In this document: positions 25,701-40,700 of the stretch, one piece after another | How the letters are laid out: every line of letters begins with the position of its first letter | Numbering within the stretch: the first letter of the stretch is position 1 | Assembly: GCF_021869535.1 (NCBI RefSeq) | Contig: NW_026262723.1 | Coordinates: forward strand, 97,092,001 to 97,156,000 | Length of the DNA stretch: 64,000 nucleotides | Reading direction: 5' to 3' | From: Mytilus californianus | Lineage: Eukaryota | Notes under the pieces: model-generated | What the model was told of the DNA's origin: nothing | What the model saw: the letters and a program-made list of their open reading frames with translations, nothing else | The model's database searches: none | Made by a program: the position numbers and the translations under genes

Positions 25701-28700
25701 ATGTTTAATGCATTTAATTTCATAAAAAAGAATATTTTTATTTATATTTCAGGGATAATGTATATTTTAGGGTCATTGGGAATAGAAAAGCATGAAATGT
25801 CAATTTTATTTTTAATATGCAAATCTGAAAAATAGGGTCGGCGGATCCATAAACCAACAAATTAAAAAAACCTGGCCTAGGTTAATGTGATACTTGTAGT
25901 AAAACTTTATATTTAGGGCTATCAACATAAAATCAATGGTAGTTTAAAGCAGGCGAGACATTTCAGCGTGTGCACTCTTGTTTAATTTAGTGTGACTTTT
26001 GAAAAGAGAGCACTGTGAAAATAGCCTTGGTCCAAGGGCGGAGTGTGTTGGTTTCCTATATAAAATTCCAATATTAAGCTTTCAAAGACAAATGCTAATT
26101 ATATAAAGTCTTAATAAGATATCAGCTGCTTCTGTCTTTTGTATAACTATTTTAAGGTAATAATTGTTAGTCTGTCATTTGGTTATTGACTAAAGCCAGG
26201 AGAAATTACCTCATTATAGGATTTGTTCACATCATTATATACAGAAATCTGTCCATAAAGAATTGACTAATATCTGTTTGCCAATTTCTGGTACAAAGTT
26301 ACCAGGATAATCATGAATAATGGGTGCAGTAATCAGTATGATATCAAACAATAGAAATAGTTGATAGACATTTATGAGAATGAGAAATGAACAGTTATAT
26401 CTGATTGCAGTGATGAGCATTTTTCTTTAGTGTTTGTTGTTCTGCCAAACTAAGTTTTTCCCTATAACTTGTCATTTTCATACATTTCTTTTTTGAAATG
26501 TACATATTTATTTACTATACAATGATACTCTAACAATACAGAATTCTTTGGTATAAAGTTTGTTGTGAACAGAGACAATATAGTTTTCTCCAAGTAGACA
26601 ACACATTTAGTAGACAGTAGATTGTTGACCATTGGACAATCTCTGAAACTATTATGTCTAGGAAGATAAAGGCTTAAGTCTTCAAGGAAACAACTCTCCC
26701 TTGGGATGACAACTTTTTGATATTCACCTCCTATGAAGACTAATTGCATCTTGTTAAAATGCTTCTAGGAGAGGGGTATATAGGAGGGGGTGTAATCCCT
26801 AATTCCCTAAAAAGAAAATGCATCCCAAATTCCTGAAGAAAATGAAGCATTCTTTCCTGGATCTTGAAAAATTAATCATTAATTCCCGAGTCCAAAAAAG
26901 TGTAAATTCCAAAATTCCCGCAAAAATAACAACCCAATCTTGATGTCTTGAAAAGGTCCATCTGCCCCTCTTCAAATGTATCAAAACCATAAGAATAAAT
27001 AGCTGATGCCTTCCAATAATTTGAATTGTTTAATTTGTTCTCCTTTTCATAGCTGTTTAATTATTGCTTTAATTGTAGGTTTGTATATTCATTTTAAAAT
27101 ATAAAGCACTAAGTATACTTACAGTGTTTAACTTATTACATGTTTTATAAGAATTCAGTGGGTGTATGTTATCACTATAGACACTCAAGATGATTGCTTT
27201 TTAATTTTGCATATTGTTTATTTACAGAATGTTGCCAGATCTAGAATTAGAAGGTTTATTAAAGAGACACTTCACACAAGTGGAATTTTTCCAGGGAACA
27301 GTGATGGATGCCAATGATCTAGAGAGAGTAAAGGTTAATAAAACTTTAAATTGCTATCCAAAAATAAGTGTTCAAGTATACAGCAACAGTTCTATTTGCC
27401 TATCGAAATTGTATTGTATGTATTAACATTATAGTCACTGAGTGCAAGTGGTCTAGTCTGTAAGAATAACATTGTAACTGGTTCTGCAGAATAAGTGTGG
27501 GCCTCATGCCTGTAGGCTCACCTTAATTTTCAACACTTATTATAAACTTCTTAATTTGCATCAATTTCTTTTCAATAGTTAGATAGAATGAAAAATTTAA
27601 TTGTTTTTTCCTTCATAAATGATAATATAGATTACCCCGTATTGATATTTCTTTAAACATGAAGGAGTTTCTCTTCTACAATCTCATCATAAGTCAACAC
27701 CCTTTAGATGAGATGTAGCCAAGAGTCCTCTAGTTTCAAAATGCATTTATTTAAGGAATAACTGTAATATTTTTTCTGTCTATGAAGAAATAACATCAAA
27801 AATGTGATGCACACTGAATACACGGGTTATTTTAAAGTGTGCATCACATTTTTTATGTTATTTCGAATAGACAGATAAAATATTACAGTTATTTCTTATA
27901 ATTTAATTCTAAATTCCATTTTAAACCGGAGTAAACAATGAAAAAACGTTGATGATGTCACTGTCACATGACTAAATTATGTCTATGAGCAGATAAACAA
28001 AACAACGTCAGCCAATCAGCAGACGCGTTACATCCAAAATTAAATTATTATCTGTTAATTGCTATTTGTATTCTCTCCCTAGAAAAAGGTAATTAACATT
28101 ATTTCTAAGGAAAAACTGTTTTAATATTATTTATGATGCAGATCCAGTCAGCTGATGCCTGTTTAGTTCTAGCCAATAAATACTGTACTGACCCAGACCA
28201 GGAGGATGCTGCTAATATAATGAGGGTTATATCTATCAAAAACTTCCATGCTGATATCAAAGTTATTGTACAGTTGATGCAGTACCATAATAAGGTATGA
28301 AACAATCATACATAGTCTATTCACAGAATATTATATAACATTGTAATGTTTGTGAAATGTATACAGTCCTTGATCTGAGTGTAAACTTTCCCCTTACAAC
28401 ATACACTATTCTCCCTTCCACCATTCAAAATTTCCTGTTATGCAGTTTATTACATAGAAAGCCTACAAGTACAACTTTCAATGGTTAAAAAAAGAAACAG
28501 TGAAGAAGGTGTTAACCTAATACATTGTTCCCCATTGTATGATACACTGTTCATTATTGCACCATATCCATTGCCCATAATGATTTCAGTATACACTTTT
28601 CCATGTCATAATGTACGCACTTTTCCATGGCACAATACACCATTCCCCATTGCTATCCTACAGTATTCCACATTCCAACAAACACATTTTATTGGGAAGT

Positions 28701-31700
28701 TTATTTGAAAGGCTGTGTAAGACCACTTTGTCAAGACATGATACCAATATGTTTGCTTTTCTTCTAAAATCAAATAAAACAAACTATAAAGCTAGGATTT
28801 TTTTTCTCAAAAAAAACTTTTCTGTTATGTTTTTAGAATTTTTCAGGATTTTAAACTAAAAGTTAAAAACAAAATGGTCAATATTTTGATAAAAAGCAGG
28901 CTTACTGTGTAAAAGTAGAAGGAATTTGAACTGCATTTAACTCATATGCCACTTTTGCTAACATATATATTCTATTTTAAAGGATACATAATAGACTGTT
29001 ATTAAATACGATTTTTAGAAAATTGCCATGCTCCCATTAAAATGTATTTCTTACAGAACAGGCTTCCTTTGGCTTTTTCATTGATAGTCTGCTCTCCATA
29101 TAGCTAACACTTCTCTAGGTCAAGTGTAAATTTAAAAACAAAATTTATTTTAAACAGATTGGCTTTAAGGACAAAATTACCTGAAATACACAATATCTCC
29201 AATGGTTATCAGTAAAACATTGATTTTACTTCAGCATTCGTTTTTGTCTTAAAACGTAATTAGAAGAAGTTTTTAGATTTAATTAGATATACATGGAAAA
29301 TTGCATTTTTGGTCATTGGGTGGCTAATTGTTGAGTCTGATCAATAGTACAGACTTATCACTTTCATTTGAATCAGTTACTAACCATCAGCATTCTAATA
29401 TTTTATTCATAAGAATATACACTGAACTTCTCAGAATATACACTGAACTTCTCAGGGCAAATAAATAGTAATGAACTTGTGGCATGAAAACAACACCTTT
29501 GATAATTACATCTTTATTGTAGTATCAAATAAAATTGAGAATGGAAATGGGGAATATGTCAAAGAGACAACAACCCGATTAAAGAGCAGACAACAGCCGA
29601 AGGCCACCAATGGGTCTTCAATGCAGCGAGAAAATCCTGCACCCGGAGGTGGTCCTCAGCTGGCCCCTAAATAAAAATGTGTGCTAGTCAAGTGAAAATG
29701 GAAAATGAACTAAAATTAAAAAACATACAAGACTAACATAGGCCAGAGGCTCCTGACTTGGGACAGGCCCAAAAATGCGGTGGGGTTAAACATGTTTTGT
29801 GAGATCTCAACCCTCCCCCTATACCTCTAGTCAATGTAGAAAAAGAAACACATAGCAATACGCACAGTAAAACTCAGTTTAAAAGAAGTCTGAGTCCGAT
29901 GTCAGAATAGGTAACAAAAGAAACTAAGCAAAATGACAATGATACATAAATGAACAAAGGACTACTAGCAGTTACTGACATGCCAGCTCCAAACCTCAAT
30001 TAAACTGATTGAAAGATTATGTATTCATCAGATGAAAATCAAGTACAATCCCTCACGTTAGGGGTTTAGTATCATACCATCATAAAATATATGAAATATA
30101 TAAAGAATGAATATGTATTGTACAGTGTAAAAATGATACATAGATATATCAGATTAATTGTATCAAGTGAAAAGAGAAGGGTGTCTACTCTTACAAACAA
30201 AAAAGAAAAAAATTAAAGCCCAAGTTCACATACACACAAGCAGAATTCAATAACTCTATCATGGATGTCTGAACCAAATGACATATGGTCCAACTGATAA
30301 GAGGATTGTCTGGACCATACATATTCATTGACTGGACTATTACAAATTCATTGACTGGACCATACAAATTTATTGACTGGACCAAACAAATTCATTGACT
30401 GGACCATTCAAATTCTCAGTGAGTAACACAATTATGATGATATGAAAACTCACTGCATCACTATAGTCCTCTTACATTTATAACAGTTGTAAAGTTATTG
30501 TGCTGTGCCGATATAAGTGCTGAAGAAGTAAGGTTCTCTCAACATAGTGTGTAAAAAATCTTTTAGAATTAATATTTATAGGTTTCATAACAACTCAGAA
30601 TTGGATATTACTTGATATCAACTGAAGTCATTTAATTTCAATATAATAGTTAATGGGTCTTTGGATTTAATTTCAATATAATACTAAATGGGCCTTCATA
30701 AGGTTTACTATTATTTTTATGCCCGGTCTTGACGGAGGGGTCATTAAGTTTTACCATTATCTATCTGTACATCCATCAGTATGTCCCAAAATTAGTTTCT
30801 GTTCTCTAACTTAAGTTTGCCTCAATTAAATTTTATGAGACTTATACACAATGCTTATTACCACAGATCAAGTTCAAATTTGGGTGGCGACACTTTTGCC
30901 GTTCTTGCTAAATTTGCTGTTTCCACACTCTAACTTTAGTTTGCCTCAACCAAATGTTATGATGAAACTTATACACAATGCTTATAACCTCCAAACACAG
31001 ATCAAGTTCGAATTTGGGTGGTGACACTTTTGTTGTTCTTGAGTGTGTTCCTTTGTAAATTGAAAAATTGCAGAATTTGACTTATATTTACAAGCGGGGG
31101 CATCTGTGTCCCATGGACACATTCTTCAATTATTTAAATTAAATAATGAGAGTTGATATCAAGCAATATTCAATTCTTACAAGTTTATAAACCTATGGTA
31201 AAAAATTTCTTTGTGTCAGACCTTTTTTGTTACAGAGAAAAAACAGTCCATTGTGAACATTGAAATACATCATTGATCTATTTTCAATAGCCAATGGAAA
31301 TGTCCCAAATTTGTATTACATTGCAGGGTAGGCCAACCAAATTAATGTATTTTTCTTATCACTTATTCATATCACACCCCTTTCAGTGTGATACAAGAAA
31401 ATATCAATTCATGCAATTAGCCACAACCAGAAGAGAATATATAGTTATATACTATGTAGAAAGATGAAGTATCTAAAAGGGATACATACATATCTTCTGT
31501 CTGCAGTTTTCCTTGAACATGTAAATAGATACTAATGAAATATTTAGTAATTTTTCAGCCTTATGTGCCATTGCACATCTTTTTATTCCAGAATGAGTTC
31601 TTTGGTTTCCCATAACAAAAGGAGGGACTTAGTCCGTTAAGGAACAAAAGAAGAACAGAAAAAGAAGTTTGGGTTTAAATTTGTTTCTCTACTCACAATA

Positions 31701-34700
31701 TTTTTTTTAAAGGCTTATCTACTGAATATTCCTAGCTGGGACTGGAAAAGGGGAGATGATGCTGTATGTGTTGCTGAACTGAAGCTAGGATTTATAGCTC
31801 AAAGTTGTTTGGCTCCTGGATTCTCTACACTCATGGCGAATCTCTTTACTATGAGATCTGATAAAACTGTAAGTATAGAATGATTCATTGGACAACTGAC
31901 ATGTGCAATATGTTTTTATCACTTGGCAGCAAAAGGGGAATAATCATATTTTGTTACCAGTGATGAACAAATTCTGAATCCTCATGCTTTTTTAGCACTA
32001 GTTGGTTTATAAATGTCTGTGAGTGCAGACATACAGTTGTGACAAGAAATAATTATAAAATGGAAAAAGTAATGTTTTAAGTCAATGAAATGTATTAATA
32101 CACTATGATCTTCGACTTAAACTTTGCTTTTAAATTTCATCTTTCAAGTTGGCATGCATTTACCATTGATATGATAAAAAAAATCTTGAATGTTTTGCAT
32201 GCACAATAACTGGCTCAAACGTAGCTTAAAAGTTTTGGGAAAATGTTGTGAGATTTTCTTTGATTTTTCCTTTTGTGCATTCCTGTGCTACAATTTCATT
32301 CATTAAAACCGATGTTTTCCTTTGGTTATAATGAGATAAATATCAAGAGTAGCCTCCCATACAACATGGATTTGACTAATTCAGGACTAAAAGATATTTT
32401 TTTAGTAAATTTTAGTAGTCTCCCATTCAGAACAATTTGTGTGGTTCTCTAAATTTTTGTCAAACAACCAAAAATCAAGTTAATTCAACCCATATTACAA
32501 AATTACAAAACTGTTTATGCCAATACATTGACTGAAATAGTAAAAAAGAATGAAAATAGGTGATAAGGCTACTATGTATTTATTTCAACAGTGAACATGG
32601 ATTCCATCTTTTAAGAAATATGTTTTGGAAGCCCTAGAATGAACCATAAAAAATCTCACAAGACTAAAAAATTACCTAGATATTAGTATTAACACTTCAA
32701 AAACATAATTTTCTGTGATTGGGAGAGGTGATTGGAGTTTTCAAAGAAAAAAAAACAATACATTTTACAGTCAAATGCTTTCACTAAAGTCAAATGCTCA
32801 TACTGAATTATACAATATATTCATCTTCTTTTCCATCCCTTTTTAACCAGATTTTTGAAGGAAAAATTGGTTATTGATTTGGGGATGTACGGCGGGCGGG
32901 TGTGCGGCTGCCAAACAGTGTCCGTTCATTAACATGCAAACGCTTTGACGTAATTTTTTTCAAATTTAGATATGTTGTTTCCTGTGACAAAATGAAGGTC
33001 AAGTTCAATTTTCATGATTTTAGCTTTTCTTGTTGTTGAGTTATAGCTCTTTCCCAAGAATTCAATTTTTGATGAAATACTTATTAATTACTCCATTTCT
33101 GTTCAAAGGGAAATACCTAATTTTTTTAAAGATTTTTAAAAGACATTGTATTATTTTGGATTTTTTTCTTCTTTTCTTTGGTAAATTGTTTTGAAGAATT
33201 TGTGGTAGGTTTGTTTGTTATTCTGTATAAACTAATTTTTCTGAATGCTATAAATAATATTTTTTTGATGAAGTGAACTCCTTTAATTAGATAATAATCT
33301 ATTTTTATTAAAGGATATATTTCATTACATTACATTGTGTAGATAAAGTTGTTGACATTGATAGATAATTTGCAGATCTATATTAGTTTGTGACAAATGA
33401 AAGAAAAAATATTTGGAACTTTTAATTATATTTGATTATAAATTGAAAATAGATATACATTGTGTAACATCATATCTAATTTTAGAGAACTATTTTTAGT
33501 GGTTAAATCATATCTAATTTTATAGAACTATGTTTGCTTTATTAGTTAAACCATTTCTGTTCAAAGGGAAATAACTCAAACTTATTCCATGAACCAGTAA
33601 TGATAACATAAGTATATGAATTCTGTTCAATTAATTTTAGTCATTAGTTGTCAAAATTTCTTTATAACTATTTTTTTAAGTCATGTGTGTTATGAAGGTA
33701 GATGTCACATTTGTTATGTGGTATTTTATTTTTGTTGTGTGTGTTAATGTTTAATTTTTACATGATCCTGTTTGGGGGTTCAGATTTGCAAATATCATTT
33801 TCATTATTAATTCGATAATAATCTATTTTGAATATTACTATCCAAATTCAGAGCTGTTTTAAGCTTAAATGTTGTGTCTAAACTTGCTCAACTGTTCAGG
33901 GTTTGACCTCTGCAGGAAAATCCGGTTTGCTGTCACTCGACAGCCTCTTGTCTACATTTTTATTTTATAATCATGAAAAATTAAAAATCAATTATGTTAA
34001 CACAAGTTAAAATGCATTTCTTGTAGACAATCCTTTAATAAAGTCAACTGGAGGTATACTTACTTTTGTTAGGGAATTATTGATAGAAATTTAATTTATA
34101 CTTGGAAACGGGAATAAATAAAAAAACATCAATATCAGATTGAAATCCAACACCAGTTTAATGGCCATACAACTCCTGACTGGACTAGTGTGCCAGTTAT
34201 TACTGGGAACAGGACTGAGGTTCATTATTTATTTTTGCTAATGTGATACTGATTTATTGAAAGTATGTTTGGCCTATTGCCATAGTGTGGCATTTGTTTT
34301 CAGATGACACAGATAGCCAACCAATTTTCTAACATTTTATATACAGTGCCCCAAGAGATTATTCTGAGATTATACAGTAGCAAAGTGTAATTGCATGTAA
34401 TCTTCCAAAATGAAATAACTGAACTAGTTGAAATTATTTGGAGTTCAAAAATAAGAGATTTTATAGTAATTCTAAAATGTCAATAAATGAGATGGAATGT
34501 TATCAAGATATTTGTGTTTCCTCAACTCTGATGTCTTGATTGCAATATTATTTGATTTGAAACATTTATTAGATAAAAATGATATATTATTTTAAGGTTA
34601 TCCCAGATTTTAATACATTGAGTTTTAAGGAGTTTTTGGTCATAAAATCTATTAATGGGCCACACTGCAGATTATTTAAATTTCATCAAACAAATAAAAT

Positions 34701-37700
34701 CTAAAAACATCGATAAAATGAATGGAGTTTAACTTTATTAGATCAGTATAAGCAATAATTAAGAAATAAATGACTGTACTTCTGGTAAATGTTTTGTAAT
34801 GCTATATGCCTAGTCTCAATGGCCGTTTATATGTTTTTTTTAACTACTTTGATAATTTACTTAATTCTGTCTTGTATATAGAGAATTTTGTATAAGGTAT
34901 TAGGAAAAGCTTTTATGATGGGGAACTAGCAATTTTTATAATTAGGGCCCCGCCGAATGGCGGACGCCCTATAGTGATCAGTCTGTCCGTCCGTTTGTCC
35001 GTAACAAATTGTGTCCGCTCTATATCTAAAGAACATATATGATTTCAAAGTTTATACTTTACATGTATATTAACCAACACCAGAGGGTGTGTCATAATGT
35101 ATGTACAACTTTCTAGGTCAAAGGTCAAGGTCTTGACAACACCATGTCCTATGGTAAAGATCGTGTCCGCTCTATATCTTGAGAACCGTTATGATTTCAA
35201 AATTTATACTTGACATGTATATAGACAACACCAGAGGGTGTGTCATAATTTATGTACAACTTCCTAGGTCAAAGGTCAAGGTCAAGAATTTTGGTTTCAG
35301 TTGACAACCCCATGTCCAATGATAAAGATACAAATTTTTTACCACACATTATTCACAGCGGAGCCCACAGAGATGGCTCCAATCTCAATGATAGGTAGTT
35401 CTTTATGAAAATATACAATACATTTTACAGTCAAACTCTTTTCAATAAAGTCAAATGGTCATACTGTATTATAAGATATGATCATTCATTCTTCATTAGT
35501 GTGAAAATAATATGGTTTTGGATTACATATGAATTAAAGAAGATGTTGGGTAAATTTTAATGAACAGCAATCAAAACAACACAACACACATAATGTTCTT
35601 CAGTGATAGACAAGGGTCCACATTTTATATCAGTCTAGATAAAATGTGAATAAATTCAACAGACCATTAAAGAAAGATCTGATTGATTGATTGATTTTTA
35701 GTGTTTAACACCCCATTTGATACAATTGGCTATTTCATGGCGGCCAATTTTTATTGGTGGACAAAGCTGGAGTGCCCTGAGAAAACCACCAACCTTCAAC
35801 AGGAAAACTGACAATTCTGGTCAAAGCTGACACTCAGCATCTACAAAGATCTGACCTCAACATCAAAATCTTAATGGACTTAAAACATTTAGAAACAACA
35901 ATGATTACCAACAATGATCCTAATCAGTGACATGAACCATAACATATGATGGGGTAAATCTAGTTTTGAAAGAAGTCAATCCTGCTGTATCCTTACACAT
36001 CTTTTATAGGGTAACACTATGTAAAAAGAAAGTCATTTAGCAAGTTTTGGTTATCGCGTGGTCATCAAAAGTAATGAGTATTCACACACAATATAGCAAG
36101 GTCAAAATAACCTAGCATATACATGTAAAAAAAAAAGGCTGAATCAAATTCATTCATAATTTTTATGCCCCCGCTACGGTGGAGGGGGCATTAAGTGTTA
36201 CCCTTGTCTGTCTGTACGTATGTATGCCCCAAAATTAGTTTCCATACTCTTACTTTAGTTTGCCTCAACCAAATGTTATGAAACTTATACACAATGCTTA
36301 TTACCACAAAACACAGATTAAGTTTGAATTTGGTGGGGTCACTTTTACAGTTTCTAGTTATGTCCCTTTATAACGTTATATGCAAGTGGTGGCATCATCT
36401 GTATCCCATGGACACATTCTCCATTTATATTTTTACAGTGGTAGATTTAGAGCTTGACATTTGTATCAATACATGTCTATTGTTAAAGGCCATAAGTTTA
36501 CCATTAAATGTCTTGTTTTTGTTTTTGTGTCACTTGTTTGCTATCTTATTGGTGTATATACCCCCCCCATCTCTCTTTACTCTGTAAACCCTGTATGGAA
36601 AGCAAGAAAGCTTTCATCCTTCTGGTTTGATGCATATGTTGCAGTATATTATAGAATTTCATTAAAGCATATGATATATCAGATATATATTGCTAAAAGT
36701 TAAAATAAAGAAAAAACTAACATGTTACACTGTTTCAATATGTGGAATAAATATTTTTAAAGAATACTTTCAATTTGAATAAATTCTGAGTAGATTTAGC
36801 TGATGCAAAAGCTAATTATATAAATTGATTTTTTACCGGTAGCTATTTCCATTAAAAAAACACTTCAGACCTAATAAGCAAAGTTTTTTTAAATTGCATA
36901 ATGTCTAAAACCTTTCATGGATTTTCCATTAGAAGCAATATAAAATTCATACACTTTTTGTAGCAGTTAATCATTGTATTGATTTCAAACTCTTTGTATG
37001 TAATTCACATTTTCATTAAAGGATATCCGATATAGATCTAATTACTAAAATGCATTATCAATAAAATGATATGAATATAGTCCTGAATATCTGTATGTTA
37101 ATTTAATATTTTTGTATTGAAAGCATAATGAAATTATAAAGACAAATCTTGACTTGAAACATTTTAATGACAAAATGATTCCTATATTTGAGAAAAGAAT
37201 GAAAAGAGATATCATTAAACTTTCTATTAAAGCAGAAAATATATAACATTAACCACATTTTTAGATGGATTCTATGAATAGTTCTTTTGCATGTTTTGTT
37301 CTGTCACAGTCCGTTTGGACTTAATCACAAAAATCCCTTTGTTTGCTCATCCGTCTGTAAAACTCTGTTAAGCTTAATAGATGGTCACCAGAATGAAAAA
37401 AGAGCAACGACAGTACAATTTCTCAGCTCAAATTTGGTTGATTTTTACAAGGCATGAATCCTGTTAACTTTCAAAGTCAAAAGGAAAAGACAGGGTATCA
37501 AAATTACCAGAAAAATAACCCCAAAAACTTTAAAGATTTGCCTGTGTTCCTTATATATCCTATTTATAAAGAGTTTGATAGAATTTAAATTGATCCAGCA
37601 GGTTGCAAAGATTGTGAAATTAGAATTTTTATACATTGCATTACCCAAATAACCATAAGATCTTATCTACTTTTTTATGTGTAGAATATGGAGTTACCTG

Positions 37701-40700
37701 ATTGGCAGAAAGATTACTTGAGAGGAACAGCTATGGAGATGTACACAGAATATTTATCTAGTTCCTTTAATGGTATGACATTCCCAGAAGCTGCAGAGTA
37801 AGTATTGCATTAAATAATGCTGTTGTAGATTTAAGTGTTTATGCAAAGCTGTAATGTCCTTGAAATTCAGAACTTGGCTTGAAAAGTCTTTAAATCATAT
37901 TGCAGCATTGAAGGATTCTCAAAACCAAACGTGAAATTCTTTGATTTTAAAGCAGCCTGCTCTTGATCAAAACCTAATTTTGTGTTGAATTGATTAAAAT
38001 ATAAGAATTCTCCAACTTTTGTTTCAGAATTTGAAAGAAGATCACTAAAATCTTACCAGCATTTTCTATGAATTAAACCAGATGTTATCGAAACAGCAAC
38101 CAAGCAACACAAGCTAACCAAAATTATAAAAGATCTAAAGCTCAACATATAAAAGTAAGAAGATGTAGTATTATTGCTAATGAGACAAATATCCACCAGA
38201 AACCGAACGAAGAAGTTAACAACTATAGGTCACTGTATGGCCTTCAGAAATGAGCAAAACCCATACCCCATAGTAAGCTATAAATGTCCCCTAAATGATT
38301 AATGTAAAACGAGAAAACTAAGGGCCTGATTTATGTACAAAATAATTAATGAAAAATAAATATATAATTGCGCTGTCTCTGTTTGCTGCACTATCTTTTG
38401 TTTTCCAGTTTACATGTCTCTATTTTCAGATTATGTTTTTCCAAATTAGAACTACTATTACTGGCTATTGAAGTACGTACAGAAGATGGCAGGGAGAGCA
38501 CTCTAGCTATCAATCCTGGATCAAAGATTAAAATAGAAAATGCTACACAAGGATTTTTCATTGCTGAATCTGCTGAAGAAGTTAAAAGGTATATTATTGT
38601 AATTTAAAGCAATTGTCTTTTGAAATAGTGTTCATTCTATGTGACGTCATCAGGAATAATTTTTTCTTCGGGACGTCAAAATAGTGAATTAGAAAAAAAA
38701 GTGACATCATAATTAAGTTTGACCAAGAAAAATTGAGATCAAGGAACTACAGGTTGATTAAAAAAATGAATAACAGTCAGTTTGGGGAATTAATGAATAG
38801 ACTGAAAATTAAGATACATTCATTGATTTCCATATAAGGAGTTCACCATAAGAATATACCGGTGTAAACATGAGTGGTATTACTACTAGAAGACCCTTTT
38901 AAAATATAAATAAGTGCCAGTATAATAAGTTAATGTTAGGATTTGAAAAATTCTAAACAGTTTTAGCAAATTTTCCAGTTAATTAGTAATAACCCGAGAA
39001 AGTGAAGCAGTAGATGTGGGATATGACACATGAAATGACTTTGCTATTTACATATAGATAATGGAACTGTGATGAAATGATTAAAGCTGTAAATTTTCTC
39101 CTTGACAATATCTATGTATGTTTTGGCAATAAAGTTTATCGACAAGTTGTAGGTATTCCTATGGGCACCAATTGTGTCCCTTTAATAGCAGACTTGTTCC
39201 TGTATTGTTATGAATCACAGTTTATGGACAAACTCAGTAAAGATTCGTCTAAATTATATTTAATTGATCAATTTAAAAACACTTACCGTTACTGTGATGA
39301 TATTTTTTCTTTAAATAATCAAGATTTTTCTGGTTTTACTGCTGAAATTTGCCAAAAAGGGGGAGGATTGAGTGCTCACAAACATGTTTAACTCCCCCAC
39401 ATTCCTTATGTGCCTGTCCCAAGTCAGAGTCTGTAATACAGTGGTTGTCATTGGTTCATATCTGTCATATTTGTTTTTTGTAAATTGGTATTGTTATATA
39501 TTAGGTCGTTCGTTTCACATTTTTCATGTCGGGGCCTTTTATAGCCTACTATAAGGAATAGGTTGTTGAAGGCCGTACAGTGGTCTAGAATTGCTTACTA
39601 CCTCTTTATTTTAAGTCAAGTGAATAGTTGTCTCAATGGCAATCATACCACATCTCCTCATTTTTATATACAAATTTATATTCTTTTTAGATTTTTGGAA
39701 GTACATGTGTACTGGTAAATTATCTAACTAAACTAAATTGATATAGTCTTTTGTTCAATATATTTTATCATTTAATACACACTTCTATATTTGTTATTTT
39801 AGAGCCTTTTATTATTGTCAAGCCTGTCATGGAGCCCTTAAAGAAGCTAGGGCTATCAAAAAATGTCGTTGCAGACCATGTAAGTTTTATAAATAATGCA
39901 TTTAATTTATTTTTTATTTGGATAAAAATACCTCAACAGAAAATAGCACAGTAGGTGACATCAGCAATAATCATTACCTTAAAAGATCTTTATTCTAGAT
40001 ACATGGAGACCAGTTGATATCAATGTAAATGTTGAGTAAACATAAGACAGTAACACAAAACCATAAATAAACTAAAAAAAAGACACACCCTACATCATGC
40101 TTTATATGGACTAAGTCTAAGAAGAAGTATGAAAGAAGCAGAAGTGACTTTAAAAACAAAATACTAAAACTGTCAAAAACCTTACTTAGAATAAAAACAA
40201 GTCTGATAAAATTTCTGACTTGGTGAAAGGCACATAAGCATGTTGCAGGGTTAAATTGGTTTTCTGTGGAAGCTATCCTTTTTATCTTCATCATAAGGAA
40301 AAAAACTTATACAATGAGAAATACACAAATTAATACATTGAATATACCAACTTAAAAAAAAGATTGGATTAAATTCAGCTTTATAGGTACTCCATCCTCC
40401 CCATTGTCTGTTTTCTACCCTATGATGTATATAAATGCTTTTTAGTTTGGTATAGATTGCTCCAATCATACTATTTCACACACATAGAAAATGTTACAAA
40501 ATAAAACATTTCCTTGCGGAAATTTACAGTCAACATGGTAAGAAACCAGCTATTTTCGTTGAAAGCTAAAAAAACCCCTGATAAATAGAATGTTCGATGT
40601 TGTGTATAGTTACAGATTTATTTTTATAGATTCAGTGACATTGATATATGTCTTATAGATTGTTATAGCTGCAGTTAATTGATAAAAATAGATTTTTCTA

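Noticed and set aside
34170-34225. PDW...GTG resemblance to the 37685 exon (possible decayed mutually exclusive duplicate)
   Set aside because: Needs a frameshift, similarity is very short, and there are no usable splice sites.
40530-40537. 8-nt candidate with a strong GTAAGA donor (also a 17-nt candidate near 40750 and a 47-nt one near 42787)
   Set aside because: All convert phase 1 to 0, and I found no phase-0 partner to restore the frame.
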